Position numbers and translations under genes: made by a program
Shown: piece after piece, positions 12,549-23,340 of the stretch
Layout of the letters: each line of letters opens with the position of its first letter
Numbering within the stretch: position 1 is the stretch's first letter
From: Octopus bimaculoides
Taxonomy: Eukaryota
Assembly (NCBI RefSeq): GCF_001194135.2
Contig: NC_068984.1
Coordinates: 35,726,272-35,780,870 of the forward strand
Length of the DNA stretch: 54,599 nucleotides
Reading direction: 5' to 3'
The notes under the pieces: generated by a model
What the model saw: only the letters and a program-made list of their open reading frames with translations
What the model was told of the DNA's origin: nothing
Database searches by the model: none

Positions 12549-13070
12549 AACACACACATTCGTGTATGTTCATGTGAGAGTGTGTGCATGCGCGCGTGCG
12601 TGAGGTAATTCCTATTAAAAAAGAATACACGTTGCATACAATTAACGGTTGTTCTAACTTTAATTACGCCGCACTAATATAATAGAATTCATACTATTTT
12701 CAAATTGTGTTAGAAATTGATTTAAAATCAAAATTGGAAATACTAGTATAAGCATTCTCTGTAGATATTTTTCTGATCAACGCTTCATCCTATACACATT
12801 TCTCTCACTATTTCATTATTTCCTCAACTGACAAATTGATGAAATAAAATATTTGTGCAAACAAAAATAAATAGACAGTGATAAAAAGAAATGCACCATC
12901 GCCTTTAATTTTAATTTATTTCACCGGATATTAAACATTGCAATGAATGGATATTTAACATAACCCGCTTTTATTTCAGTAAATTACTAGAATTTACACG
13001 GGTAATTTAAGTATGGTTCATGAGATACTTTTCTCTTATCTGCATTAGTGAAGCATAGTATTTAAATATC
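5982..13070 (-). CDS. Candidate spliced host gene (3' portion), uncharacterised protein with possible C-terminal CARD/death-fold-like domain
   Basis: Manual splice model: exons 13029-13070, 9960-10052, 8866-8962, 8022-8083, 7388-7431, 6925-7002, 6160-6253, 5982-6021. All introns are GT-AG, phases are compatible, there is no internal stop, and it ends in TAG. Joined: IFKYYASLMQIREKMFLNLTDQLYRPLDLDQSHYGNRRLNFTTYYNDDDKTTLRSQRKKVLPNELVLSDVSLSLSFNSRVETQKEKISAFECGEKILKENHFLTDRIDVSNTRALLSDLRREYGRVILSNSFHTTEIRSVVYEVLSKKDYPTFEGYLHTDLINLPPSSLKLHYNFRVEFDIY*. AATAAA on the minus strand at 5753-5758. No 5' end established. Confidence 0.45.
6160..6253 (-). CDS. Candidate internal exon (VVYEVLSKKDYPTFEGYLHTDLINLPPSSL)
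   Basis: Acceptor ttcgtttttgcag, donor gtatgt, 94 nt, phase 1 to 2; overlaps track ORF 6057..6239. Confidence 0.55.
6925..7002 (-). CDS. Candidate internal exon (ALLSDLRREYGRVILSNSFHTTEIR)
   Basis: Acceptor ttcagctttcag, donor gtatgt, 78 nt, open in phase 1 to 1, joins the 6160-6253 exon in frame. Confidence 0.55.
7388..7431 (-). CDS. Candidate internal exon (ENHFLTDRIDVSNT)
   Basis: Strong acceptor cttttgtttcag, donor gtgaat, 44 nt, phase 2 to 1. Confidence 0.5.
7570..7690. repeat. (GATA)n microsatellite
   Basis: Direct reading. Confidence 0.95.
8022..8083 (-). CDS. Candidate internal exon (SRVETQKEKISAFECGEKIL)
   Basis: Acceptor atttgctttaag, weak donor gttcat; supplies the required phase 0 to 2 change. 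Confidence 0.3.
8866..8962 (-). CDS. Candidate internal exon (NDDDKTTLRSQRKKVLPNELVLSDVSLSLSFN)
   Basis: Strong acceptor gttgtcttttcag, donor gttagt, only one frame open. Confidence 0.45.
9285..9380. repeat. (TA)n(TG)n microsatellite
   Basis: Direct reading. Confidence 0.95.
9960..10052 (-). CDS. Candidate internal exon (MFLNLTDQLYRPLDLDQSHYGNRRLNFTTY)
   Basis: Acceptor tgactgacag, strong donor gtaagc, 93 nt phase 2 to 2, GC-richer island in AT-rich DNA. Confidence 0.45.
10210..10510. repeat. (GA)n-based minisatellite, units such as agagagagtaaa
   Basis: Direct reading. Confidence 0.9.
10930..11335 (+). mobile_element. Helitron PIF1-type helicase remnant, internally deleted
   Basis: ILSPKNFDCLAINEKV...KTYLSTDSV...CGMPCHCLNLKVGAIVMLVRNFAISQGLCSGT, then the C-terminal TQNIVYHEVL*; canonical Helitron helicase motifs. 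Confidence 0.85.
11560..11720 (+). mobile_element. SINE 3' half following a (TG)n tract
   Basis: gacaaccgatgttggtg...gatagaataagcaccag...tttcttcgactaaagggtggtgct; homologous to 50525-50730. Confidence 0.7.
12126..12420 (+). mobile_element. Composite non-autonomous retroelement: tRNA-like head, (AAT)n, Penelope-type 3' end with hammerhead-like motif
   Basis: B-box GAGTTCGATTCC at 12163-12174; (AAT)n at 12187-12278; CTGATGA-A-GGCTGA-loop-TCAGCC-GAAACGT at 12331-12365. Confidence 0.6.
12326..12371 (+). ncRNA. Minimal type I hammerhead ribozyme-like motif
   Basis: Core CUGAUGA and GAAA, perfect 6-bp stem II (GGCUGA/UCAGCC), palindromic ACGU in place of stem III, stem I GACAG/GUGUU with one mismatch. 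Confidence 0.45.
13029..13070 (-). CDS. Candidate internal exon (IFKYYASLMQIRE)
   Basis: Acceptor atatttcag, weak donor gtatct, 42 nt phase 2 to 2. Confidence 0.3.
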
Positions 13071-13379
13071 CTGAAATATCCTCCCGCAGGAAATTTTACA
13101 CTGCAATAAGTGTTAGTAGAGGAGCAATAATTGTGTGTACTAGAAAGGGGGAATATCACGAATTTAGCTGTATGTATCAGGCACATCAAAAACATATCAC
13201 AGAAAAGAGTTTAAAAGAATTTTAGTGTTGGAAAACCTATTGGAAAGGAATAGAATTAGATAGACATAAACGAAAAGAAAGAAAATTGTACAAAGGATAC
13301 AAATTAATGATAGACGTCAAAAACCAGTTGGAAGAACAAAGTTATTGATGATAAACATTACTTAAATGTGTTCTTTTTT

Positions 13380-13590
13380 TCATTGATTTCAAATATAGGC
13401 ACTGTGCCAATAAGATTGATGTAGGTAAACGTCAGTTTTACCCATCTCTTTAACTTACTGTATTTTATAATATCAAGATAGCAATGTTAAAAGTTAAATG
13501 CACCCTTTAAATTAACAGAACGCAGAATATAACGGGAAGATGCCATAGAAACTTAAGGCATAGCGTCTGTTGATATGACACTTCTCCTAT
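13380..13590 (-). mobile_element. Degraded CORE-type SINE
   Basis: Reverse complement resembles the tail and body of the 19929-20488 SINE copies. Confidence 0.35.
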
Positions 13591-14429
13591 TCCCTGCCCA
13601 GAGAATATTTTTAATATCAACACTAATTCGATGCTGTAGTGATTCATTTTATTTACATATATGTTAATCTCTACGTACACATAGAAATCTCACTGAGGCG
13701 TATGCAGATTGTTTCTCATAGATAAAATACTACACCTACTTCATGAAATAAATGCAACAGCGCATCAAGATACAATAATAATATTAAATAATCATTTGCA
13801 GTTATTCTTTTACGAAAAATGACGTTCATAACAACATTTCTTATGTATTTAAAAATATTTTCTGTATTAAGTATTTTATGAAATATGAGTTAGTGATCAG
13901 AGGAATTGGAAGAGCCTGTGGTTGCAGGATAGGTGTGCAATCTATATATCGTTAAATATGTGATGCGACATTCAGGTAAAGAACATGCATATTTGCCATG
14001 TACATTTAGATATATGACAAACACCCTTTTTTTCCTTTAAGAGAGATTTTTTTTTTCTCCGCGAGAACTGCAGTGAATTTACCTTTAGAAGTTGAAATAT
14101 GTCAAAAACATACTTTTACCTAAAGTTCCTTTATGCCTAAAATCCGCTTGCCGTGCACACTGCTGCATATATATATGCATGCATGTATGCATGTATGTAT
14201 GTATGTATGTATGTATGTATGTATGTGTATCTAAATATACTAACAGAGACGCGCGGAATTAAAATAACATAGTTTGTATATATATATACATTAGCGTTAT
14301 GTTGAAACAGGTGATACGGAAAAAGTGTAGCATTAATGACAAACCATTTGCAGAGTAAATGATGGGCTAATTCGATTAAACGACTTATCATTCGTCTATT
14401 TGGAGTATTCCAGGCACTAACCAGTCAAT

Positions 14430-15500
14430 TGATGGTGGGAGTAGTATGTGATTTTTGAACGCACCGAAAAGCTGTTAGTGGATATACTCTCCTTTGCGGC
14501 AGTCGGCGTTGCGTCTAACATGACCTATCGTCTGAAATTTTGACACCTCCTTCGGGTTTGTTATCCACTAATGCTCATAAAGTAAATTTGGAGGAACTGT
14601 GGTTGTTAATATGAGGTAACAAGGAACCAATGAGGTGATAGACTTGCCCTTGAACTTTGAACGTCGGTGTAAATTCATGTTCATCTATCTCTTTAGATGC
14701 ACCAAAAGCAGTCATTTGAAATGCAGTGTTGCATTGTTGGATATTTTTTCAGAAAATCCTTTGACTGAATGGAAGTGCCTTCTAGGATGACCTATAAGAT
14801 GTTGATGAGAAACTAGTAGTGCTTGCAATCTTACATCCCCGGCCGAGCAGTGCATGCTATTAGTTTCATTCGGAAATCCTAAAGCGTAGCAGAAATGACA
14901 ATTTCAGTTTAGCCCACCAATTTGGACAACATCATAACTTTTATAAGAATGGAGTGGATCTGAAGCAGGTCCAGGTGTTGTGAGGAATGAGTTTGTAAGT
15001 GGTCTGTTTCTGAGAGCTATTCTATTGCACATGTGTCTAATCATTAAAACGTTGTTTTAATGATCCAGCACTAAGTGCTGCAGCTTGCATTTTTTGATCT
15101 TGAGAAAGTCTCATCTACCTTTTGTCTTGAGACTCCATTAGACTTGCTACAGCATGCATTTGCTGATCTTGAGAAAGTTTCATCACACTTCTGTCTTGAG
15201 ACTCCATTTAACATGCCACAGCATGCGTTTGCTGACCTTCAGAAAGTCACCTTTCCTTTCGATCCTTGGACTCCATCAGACGTGCTGCAGCATGGCTTTG
15301 CTGATTTTCAGAAAGTCTCATTTCACATCTGTCTTCAGACTTCACTGGACGTGATGCAGCATGCATATGCTGATCTTGGAAAAATCTCATCTCCTTTCTC
15401 GCTTGAGACTTCGTTTGACGTACTGCAGCATGCATTTACTGTTCTTGACAAAGTATTATCTTCTTTCTCTCTTGCGACTCTCGCCTTCGGTTTTCTACAA
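14430..15500 (-). mobile_element. Helitron N-terminal remnant: 23-aa STPR-like repeats, zinc-finger region and Helitron-like N domain
   Basis: Minus strand gives repeats like ESEDRCEMRLSENQQSHAAARLM, then VQIGGLN*NCHFCYALGFPNETNSMHCSAGDVRL and FQMTAFGASKEIDEHEFTPTFKVQGQVYHLIGSLLP; several stops and frameshifts. Confidence 0.85.
15076..15480. repeat. About six tandem 69-bp units
   Basis: Periodic gcagcatgc...gctgatctt...gaaagt...tgtcttgagact; 23-aa periodicity is visible in track ORF 15075..15626. Confidence 0.9.
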
Positions 15501-16999
15501 TCCCCATTGCGTGATACTTGTTTCTGGAGAGATTACGTATGTATGTATGTAGCATGTCTTTATTTTTGTATGCAGTATAAATTAACCAAATATAATCAAA
15601 TAAACGAAATAGAAGTACATGTATGAACTACTAGTTTAAGGGTAAATTTGCATCGGCTGCAATAATTATTAACTGGTAATTGAACAGTCAATGTGTATTT
15701 TTATATATCTTGGAAATGCCATCTCATTGTTTTTCTTTTTTTCTTTTGTCAAGAGTTTCACCCCAAGCCGTTCGTTATGTCAGTCAACACGCATTCACTC
15801 CATTTCGCTGTCGTGGCCGTAAAGACGAAAAGTTGCCGATGAGTAATGTAGAATTAAAAGTGAAAGACTAAAAGTGAAACGATATTATGGTCTTATTAAA
15901 TTACAATTAAAAGTGAAAGAATAAAAGTGAAACAATATTATATCACATTACCATATAGATGTTATTCTTTCACATTTGACATGTAACACGAAACAAGTAC
16001 CAATGTTGTATTGTTCTCATCCAAATGAAAAACAATTACATGTTGACTTTCATGGGTTCTGATACTATTACGATGTAAAATTTGATTTCCTTTGGTTCAG
16101 CCATTTGAGAATGAATTGGGAACTGGCAGACAAACAGCTATATATATCAAGTTATTCCTGAAAAACGGATACACAAAATGCGTCATCTGAGCATCCCGTA
16201 TATGTATATCAGGTATATCAGGTATATCAGGTATATCAGAGTCATAGGAAGTTCAAATATTGTACACTCTTCTAAGATATACAAAATATATTATTGAACA
16301 CTCTTCTTAAATACATGAAAAACATGAATGAAATGTATTGTCTGAATATCTTTTCGTTCTTAATAGCTCGTTCAGAACAGTCGCCAAAAACATAGTTTAT
16401 CGGAGAACAGTTTCTTTCCACATATCTATGCAATTAACTAAGCCCTGCTGATACCGATTATACTTACTGCTATTTGTTATATTAAAAATTTAATTCCCTG
16501 ATTAATTTCTAATTGAATCATCATATTTGCTTCATCTTACTAATGACATCATTTTTTTGTTTTCGTGATTAATGAGTATTTATTTTTACGTATCAACGTT
16601 AAATCTACTTGCATCTTTTACTGTACTTTGCTTTTGCGAAGGCAATCAGTTCAATTTTCTGCCAATCACATGTAGCCTCTTTAGATAAGATCACGAAATT
16701 ATGATTATAGAGCCTCGCACGATTCTGAAAGAGCCACACTTCAGACAAGATTTCTAATTCCAATACTTCTCCAATTAACGACCGTTTAGTAACATAAATG
16801 TTAGAACCAGAGGCAGTATTAGCAGCAGCAGCAGCAACAGTAGCAATAATAGGGGCAGCAGTAGTAGTAGTAGTACTAGTAGTAGTAGTATATTTCTGAC
16901 GGTAAAACCTTTTTGATAACAAACACAATTCTACAATCACTACTACAATGTTAGCTTTAGGAATATTTTCTCTCTCCCTCTCTCTCTCTCACGCACTCA

Positions 17000-17039
<40 letters not shown>

Positions 17040-17225
17040 ATCCCACATACACATTATATATATATATATATATATATANNNNNNNNNNNNNNNNNNNNNN
17101 NNNNNNNNNNNNNNNNNNNNNNNNNNNNNNNNNNNNNNNNNNNNNNNNNNNNNNNNNNNNNNNNNNNNNNNNNNNNNNNNNNNNNNNNNNNNNNNNNNNN
17201 NNNNNNNNNNNNNNNNNNATATATA

Positions 17226-17700
17226 TATGCAGGGTGTTTGGGCAAACACAACAGTTTACATAACAGGGAAACGAAACACATCTCATCCAAAAATGAAAGT
17301 ATGTTCAAAATTAAAGCATATTAACTATATTATGACGGGAATGTAACAGATTAGTCAAAGACGCCACACTCAGCTTCCATTACGGCCTCAAGACGGCTCC
17401 AGGACCTGGACCATGTGTTCATCACTGTGTGTCTGAGAAGATCGACAAATAACTTCTCGATCTTGACTAGCTGGTGGGACATTGTGTTGGTGACATTCTC
17501 TGCATAGCATCACACTATAATCCGTGGAATTAAAATCATTTCAATAAATTAGCCTGAAATTGGGGCTGGCGAATTTGTAGAAATTCAACTACAACCTCCT
17601 TTGACTCGTCCCTGTGGTATGGTTCAAATATTTTCCCAACAACCCTCTAAGAGATTGAGCATAGTCTGTAACGGCTTCACATAACCACCAACATTGAGCC
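17226..17700 (-). mobile_element. DD37D (maT-like) Tc1/mariner 3' remnant
   Basis: Terminus cagggtg as at 48736; minus strand ends ...WSRLEAVMEAECGVFD*, homologous to the C-terminus of the 48736-50012 element. Confidence 0.6.
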
Positions 17701-18049
17701 CAATGCTCTGTTCGAAAATGACTGCATTAATTCAGGTGTGAGGATGGAATTGCAATGGTTGCTGTGATTTGTCATGTTTGTTAAGGATTCATAGTCACTG
17801 TTGCACCTGTCCATATCACGTCTTACAGTGTTCCGTGTTACAATCATTGAGCAACCATCATAAGAGGTCTCATGTTGATAACCAGCCAGAATAATAATAA
17901 TACAAGTAAACGTATTCCAATATTTAAGCAGCTTCCATTTTTTTCATGGCAGGTCATATTTGCTGCAATACAACTTTAACATTTATGATCTACCACGCCA
18001 TTGTCTGTTCACAAATACATCAAGCTCTTCCTGAAAAACGGACACACGA

Positions 18050-19080
18050 ACTATGTCATAGGTATCCCTAGCACCCCTGGCCGGCCGTTGCGCGTGCAAC
18101 ATCGATATCCCACTCTGTGCCTGTGAAAGCTTGTATCCCTGTTGTAAGGCTTTATTTCCAAACACACCAGCTTAATTTAATTCGTCCTTTGTCGAAAAAC
18201 ACCTGTTGATATGCCCTGTTATTATTATTATTGTATTTGTGTAACATTGTTGTTTTTTACTTTCTTGTTTTTGTATATATTCGCTACTTTCTCCCAAGAA
18301 ATCTAAAGCTCTTAGCTTAGTTTTTCCTTGGGGCTGGCCAGATTGGAGCAATATCGAGTATAACCAGCCGAAATTACAAAGATAACCTGTCCTGGTTTTC
18401 TTTGCATCGTCTATCTGGATGTTTTGTTGTCCCTTTCCCGTATTACCTAATTGACTGGATGTTTTACGTTCTTGTCCCATTTTCTAGTATACATATATAT
18501 ACATACATATATTAATATATATATATATAGCGGCGTACGTACACTTTGTCTCGTATACATATTTCTAAATCTTGTACGACTCTATCTATGTCTATCAGCC
18601 CTTTCACCCTTATTCGTTCATTCCACTCTTCGTTATTTCGTTCCCTCTAGCTCATATTTCCTTACCTTCTCTTCTTGCTCACTTTCCCTTCACTTTCAAC
18701 TTTACTGTGTCCCTCTCATTTTTTCTCACCCCTCCTTAATTCTTTTGTCCCTCTGCCGCTGCCTCTAACTCTCTCTGTCCTCTCTTCCAACATGACCGCG
18801 TTCGGCCAAGACTGATCTTTCTTTCTTCGCCGGCCGTTGTGCGTGCACCATCGATATTCCTCCCTGTGCCTGTGAACTCTTATATCCCTACCGTAAGGCT
18901 TTATTTCTGCATACGCCAGCTTAATTTAGTTCATACTTAGTCCATCTCGACTGATGAAAGAAACCTCCGAATGAACTGTCCTTGTTTTCTTTGTGTCGTC
19001 TATTTGCATGTTTTGTTGTCCCTTTCTTGTATTACATACCTGTCTGGATGTTTTGCGTTCTTGTCCCATTTTCTATTTTC
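18050..19080 (+). mobile_element. Penelope-like element remnant with tandem pseudo-LTR duplication
   Basis: About 18080-18180 is repeated at about 18832-18930, and about 18385-18486 at about 18975-19076; pyrimidine-rich spacer; decayed ctgatga...ccgaa motif at about 18951-18972. Confidence 0.5.
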
Positions 19081-19824
19081 TCACACTCTTACTTCCTGTT
19101 TCTGTTGTGCCAGTATTTCAAAGGTCCAGCCTTGCCAATCTGTGTCACGCTGAATATCCTCGAGAACTACGTTAAGGGTACACGTGTCTGTGGAGTGATC
19201 AGACACTTGCACGTTAATTTCAGGGGCAGGCTGTTCCGTTGATCGGATCAACTGGGACCATCGTCGTCGTAAGCGACGTATTGCCAACAACTCAAAATTA
19301 TATCAGCACAGAGAAAATGTTACGTTGGTGTTACAATTCTTTGAGCCAGAGAAATTTAACTAGTAATATAATATTCTAACTGAATTAATTATTGTCAATT
19401 TCAAATATTATTTTACTTCGTTCAGTAAGTACATCTTCGTTCTACTCTTAAATATGCAACAATGTACCTGTTGACATAGAAATCTAGAATTATTTATTCA
19501 AAAGATAGTTCAAACACGCTTTTGTTATGAGTAACAATAGTTTAATTTGTATTAACATATTTAATACAAGAAACTAAAAAGCTAAGTAGAGATAATTATG
19601 TCGCGGAGAACAATATCGGACATCCATTGTTACTATTTTAATTAAGTTTTTAATTTTCTTCAATACATTTTGAAATATTACAACTCAATGGATCATTATT
19701 ATTAATTTCTGTTTATTTATATTAAGATTTATAATGTTTCAGAAATTTATTTTATTAAGACTTCTTAACATTTCATAAAGTGGGTTTATTATATTTTCTT
19801 AAGATTGTGCGTTATCATATTAAT

Positions 19825-20488
19825 AGGGCGGCGAGCTGGTAGATTTATTAGCACTAATCGACTGGCCCATTCCCCACAAATTTCGGACATTGTGTCTAGA
19901 GTAGAAAAGAATATTTCGCCCATGGATGGAGTGGTGAGGTAGCAGAATTGTTTGCATGCCGAGCGAAATGCTTAGCGATATTTCGTCTGCTGTTACGTTG
20001 TGAGTTCAAATTCCGCCGAGGTCGACTTTGCCTTTCACCCTTTTGAGGTCGACCAAATAAGTACCAGTTATGCACTTGGTTCGATGTAATCGACTTAATC
20101 CCTTTGTCTGTCTTTGTTTGTCCCCTCTATGTTTAGCCCCCTCTGGGCAATAAAGAAATTAATATTTCATCCATGAAGAAGGCGACATCGAGATTCAGAT
20201 AAGAGCACTCAGACGTTATCTGAAGGGTACATGTTCGGGTCCCCTATCCACATTCTCACAACTGTTTATGAAGGTGAGCTAGCAGAGTGGTTTGGATTCC
20301 GGGCAAAATACTTAGCGGCATTTCCTCCGTCTTTACGTTCTGTGTTCAAATTCCACCGACGTTGACTTTGCCTTTTCATCCTTTCGGAATGAATAAAATA
20401 GGTACCGATGGATGACTGGTGCCGATGTCATCGACTTAAATCATCCCCGAAAATTTCTGGCCTTGTTCCAAATCTCGAGACCAATATT
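19825..20488 (+). mobile_element. Cluster of three tRNA-derived CORE-type SINE copies (about 19825-19915 internally deleted, 19929-20165, 20271-20488)
   Basis: B-box gagttcaaattcc, central gactttgcctttcatcct...gtcga..aaataagtaccag...gatgtaatcgact, variable tails. Confidence 0.85.
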
Positions 20489-20539
20489 TTATTCGTTTAG
20501 CATACACACATACACACATACAAACACACACAGGTGTAT

Positions 20540-21168
20540 ATATATATATATATATATATAATGTAACAAAAGTGCAATGGAGGACAATAAAACATTCAGA
20601 CAGATAGACGATACACAGGCGGTCAGAAGAGACAACAATGAGAAGGACAGGGGATAAAGAAAGGACGGCTCATACGTGGCCTTCTGTCTACAGTCAAGTT
20701 ACCAGACGTCCTTACTGTTTCGTGAAGTTACACTTCAGACAGTTCGCTCTGGCTGCCCCAACCCCAAAAGTCTAAGCTAGCGTATGAGTATGGTAACAAA
20801 GACAAACAACGGAGATAATGGTACACAATTACAAGTACAAACAACAGGAATATAATAAGTATCTTTCGACTGAGAACTTATCAAATTGAGCTTGCGTGTA
20901 TGAAGTGAAAGCCTAAAGGCAGAAACATAAGAGATATACATAAGAAGTGTTGGCGGTCGGCAGTCAAGCCAAGAAAGAGAGATCATGGTTTACATGACTC
21001 CAGTCACGTGGAAGCAGGAGTGAGGGCAGGGGAAGTGGGATTGTAGGATTAGAAAAAAATCAAAGAGACAAAGGTGCAGGGAAGATAAACGAGGAGAAAA
21101 AGTGGGAGTTAAAGAGAGGGCCAAGAAATGTGTGAGAGAGAGAGATAAGGGGGAGCGACAAAAAGAAA

Positions 21169-21218
<50 letters not shown>

Positions 21219-21230
21219 TAAAACAATACT
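20540..21230 (-). mobile_element. Penelope-like pseudo-LTR remnant, inverted relative to 18290-19080
   Basis: Reverse complement shares tagcttag...ggggc.gccag and tcgtctatctg...gatgtttt.ttgtcc with 18310-18440; pyrimidine-rich upstream tract. Confidence 0.4.
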
Positions 21231-22483
21231 AGTAGAATGTAGGATAATTCTAAGAAAGTATTCTGTGTTAAGTTTGTTTCAAAAAGTTGTTCTCCGTTTT
21301 GATTTGGTTGTTGCCGTGTATACGACTATATTTTAGTGTATTTATATATATCACTGCCTATGTTTTGATGTCTTGCGGAAAATCTTTTTATTACTTTCTA
21401 TTCTATTACTCTTAAATACATAGCAAAGAATTTGCGTCCTTTCGTATAATATTCATCTTTATGCGATATATTTGTATTCAGTGTATATTAAAGAAAAATA
21501 AGAATAGGTGATCGAGAGAGAAATATGTAGCTCCTATAAGTCAAACATAATGAAAATTATGCGAGGATTTTCATTTGCTGAAGGAGTCTGACAGATTTCC
21601 TAACTAATGAAGCATGTGTATTTTGTGTGAGTGGTATGCTTTTCATTAAAACACTTTTGGGTATAGAGCATATATGAAGAAACTCATTGTCTATTATTTG
21701 CAATAATTAATATATTAGTAAACTGCTTCCAGGGGGATCAAATAACCACGCAGATGCTCCAAACGTCTTGCTAATTAAAGCGTCACGTTGCTTCATCGTT
21801 ACATTGTATTCATACATATAACTTTGGTGCGTTATGTTGCATGACACATCATTCTCTGTGTGTATCAACGCACCGTTTTGTGCTTAACTCGCAATTCATG
21901 TTGTTATTTCAGTTTGATACGTCTTCACTTCCTCTCAAATAATATTTATTTAGGCATCAGGGCATTTAGTTGATTTCCTCACAAGGAAGGTGAAAGTTTT
22001 CTGATGTCATTTTCTCCTCAATTTCAGATGAGATTTTTCTGGAAAATTTTATGAATTGCTGAACGTGTTTTAAGTATATTTTCACATTACTTGACATTGG
22101 ACCAGTGGTTTACCTTTCATCAAGACTCATTGAACTTGACACATATTTTAGAAGCCACTTTTTAAATTTACTCTTTCAAATTCTTTCCAATGTTGGTATT
22201 GGAGGGATTTGCAAAATCAAGTTTGTTTCAGTAACTCATATCTATTCGTCTACATGGGTTTAGCTATTGGCAATCGTTTAAGTAACTATTTCTTAGATTA
22301 AAGGATATAGATTTCTCAATGCGATTCTCTTTCTTAGTTCATCCTCAGTTTAACTACATTTAACAACATTGATGCAACACGATCAAAGATCGTGTTGTAT
22401 CAATGCTGATTTTATATATAGTTTCCATTTATTATAAACTTTGAAGCAAACAACGTACATGACATTTGTTTGCGAAATTCTTT

Positions 22484-22549
<66 letters not shown>

Positions 22550-22735
22550 NNNNNNNNNNNNNNNNNNNNNNNNNNNNNNNNNNNNNNNNNNNNNNNNNNN
22601 NNNNNNNNNNNNNNNNNNNNNNNNNNNNNNNNNNNNNNNNNNNNNNNNNNNNNNNNNNNNNNNNNNNNNNNNNNNNNNNNNNNNNNNNNNNNNNNNNNNN
22701 NNNNNNNNNNNNNNNNNNNNNNNNNNNNNNNNNNG

Positions 22736-23010
22736 GACCAATGAAACAAGACCGTTTTGAAAAGTTTATCGTTTAAACTATTTTTATGTTTGATTATATT
22801 GTCATTTCTGTACCACTCTGACAAAACTGTCCGATGAGCGGCAACTGAAACTTGAGTAACAGTTTTTGTGATATTTCTTCTGCTTTACACTCTGGTATTT
22901 GAGTACACTTTTTTCACCTTGTTTCACATTTATGTGGTCACTCCAGTGTAACTCGCTCCATTTTAAGAAAGTTTGAGTGACTCTACACAAGTAGGAAGAA
23001 AGATTTCAAA
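22736..23010 (-). mobile_element. Mariner 3' fragment
   Basis: Minus strand ..SCRSSDSFVRVVQK..QNGL resembles the mariner C-terminus; abuts a gap. Confidence 0.4.
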
Positions 23011-23019
23011 AAGCATAAA

Positions 23020-23340
23020 GATATGAAACTTTACCCATTGGATTTTTCACTTAAAAATATACCTATCCCTACACAGAAACAATATCTCAAAAGTCTTATA
23101 ATAACAACCGAAGAGTTTCTTCGAAGATTTGGATGGAAAGCCGTGTTCTTTGATACAAAGCAGAATACTAATGGAAGCAAATACAGACATAAATCTTCAA
23201 AATATCAACCGCCTATTCCGGAATTAGAAGCCTTTGAAAACGACCTTTTCGGGCTCATTAGAAAAAATAGATTGCGTAAATTACGTAACCAACTACAGAG
23301 AGATATGAAGGAAAAAATTAGGGAAATAAAGAACGGGGAC
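23020..23340 (+). mobile_element. Penelope-like element ORF N-terminal fragment
   Basis: FSLKNIPIPTQKQYLKSLIITTEEFLRRFGWKAVFF...QPPIPELEAFENDLFGLIR, a recognisable PLE N-terminal region; truncated by the RTE fragment. Confidence 0.7.

Noticed and set aside
16203-16239. (tatatcagg)x4 as a CRISPR-like or regulatory array
   Set aside because: Spacer-less 9-bp tandem repeat; eukaryotic context with no cas genes.
19114-19269. Plus-strand exon with strong acceptor and donor (nearby RRRKRR furin-like motif)
   Set aside because: All three frames contain stops between the splice sites.
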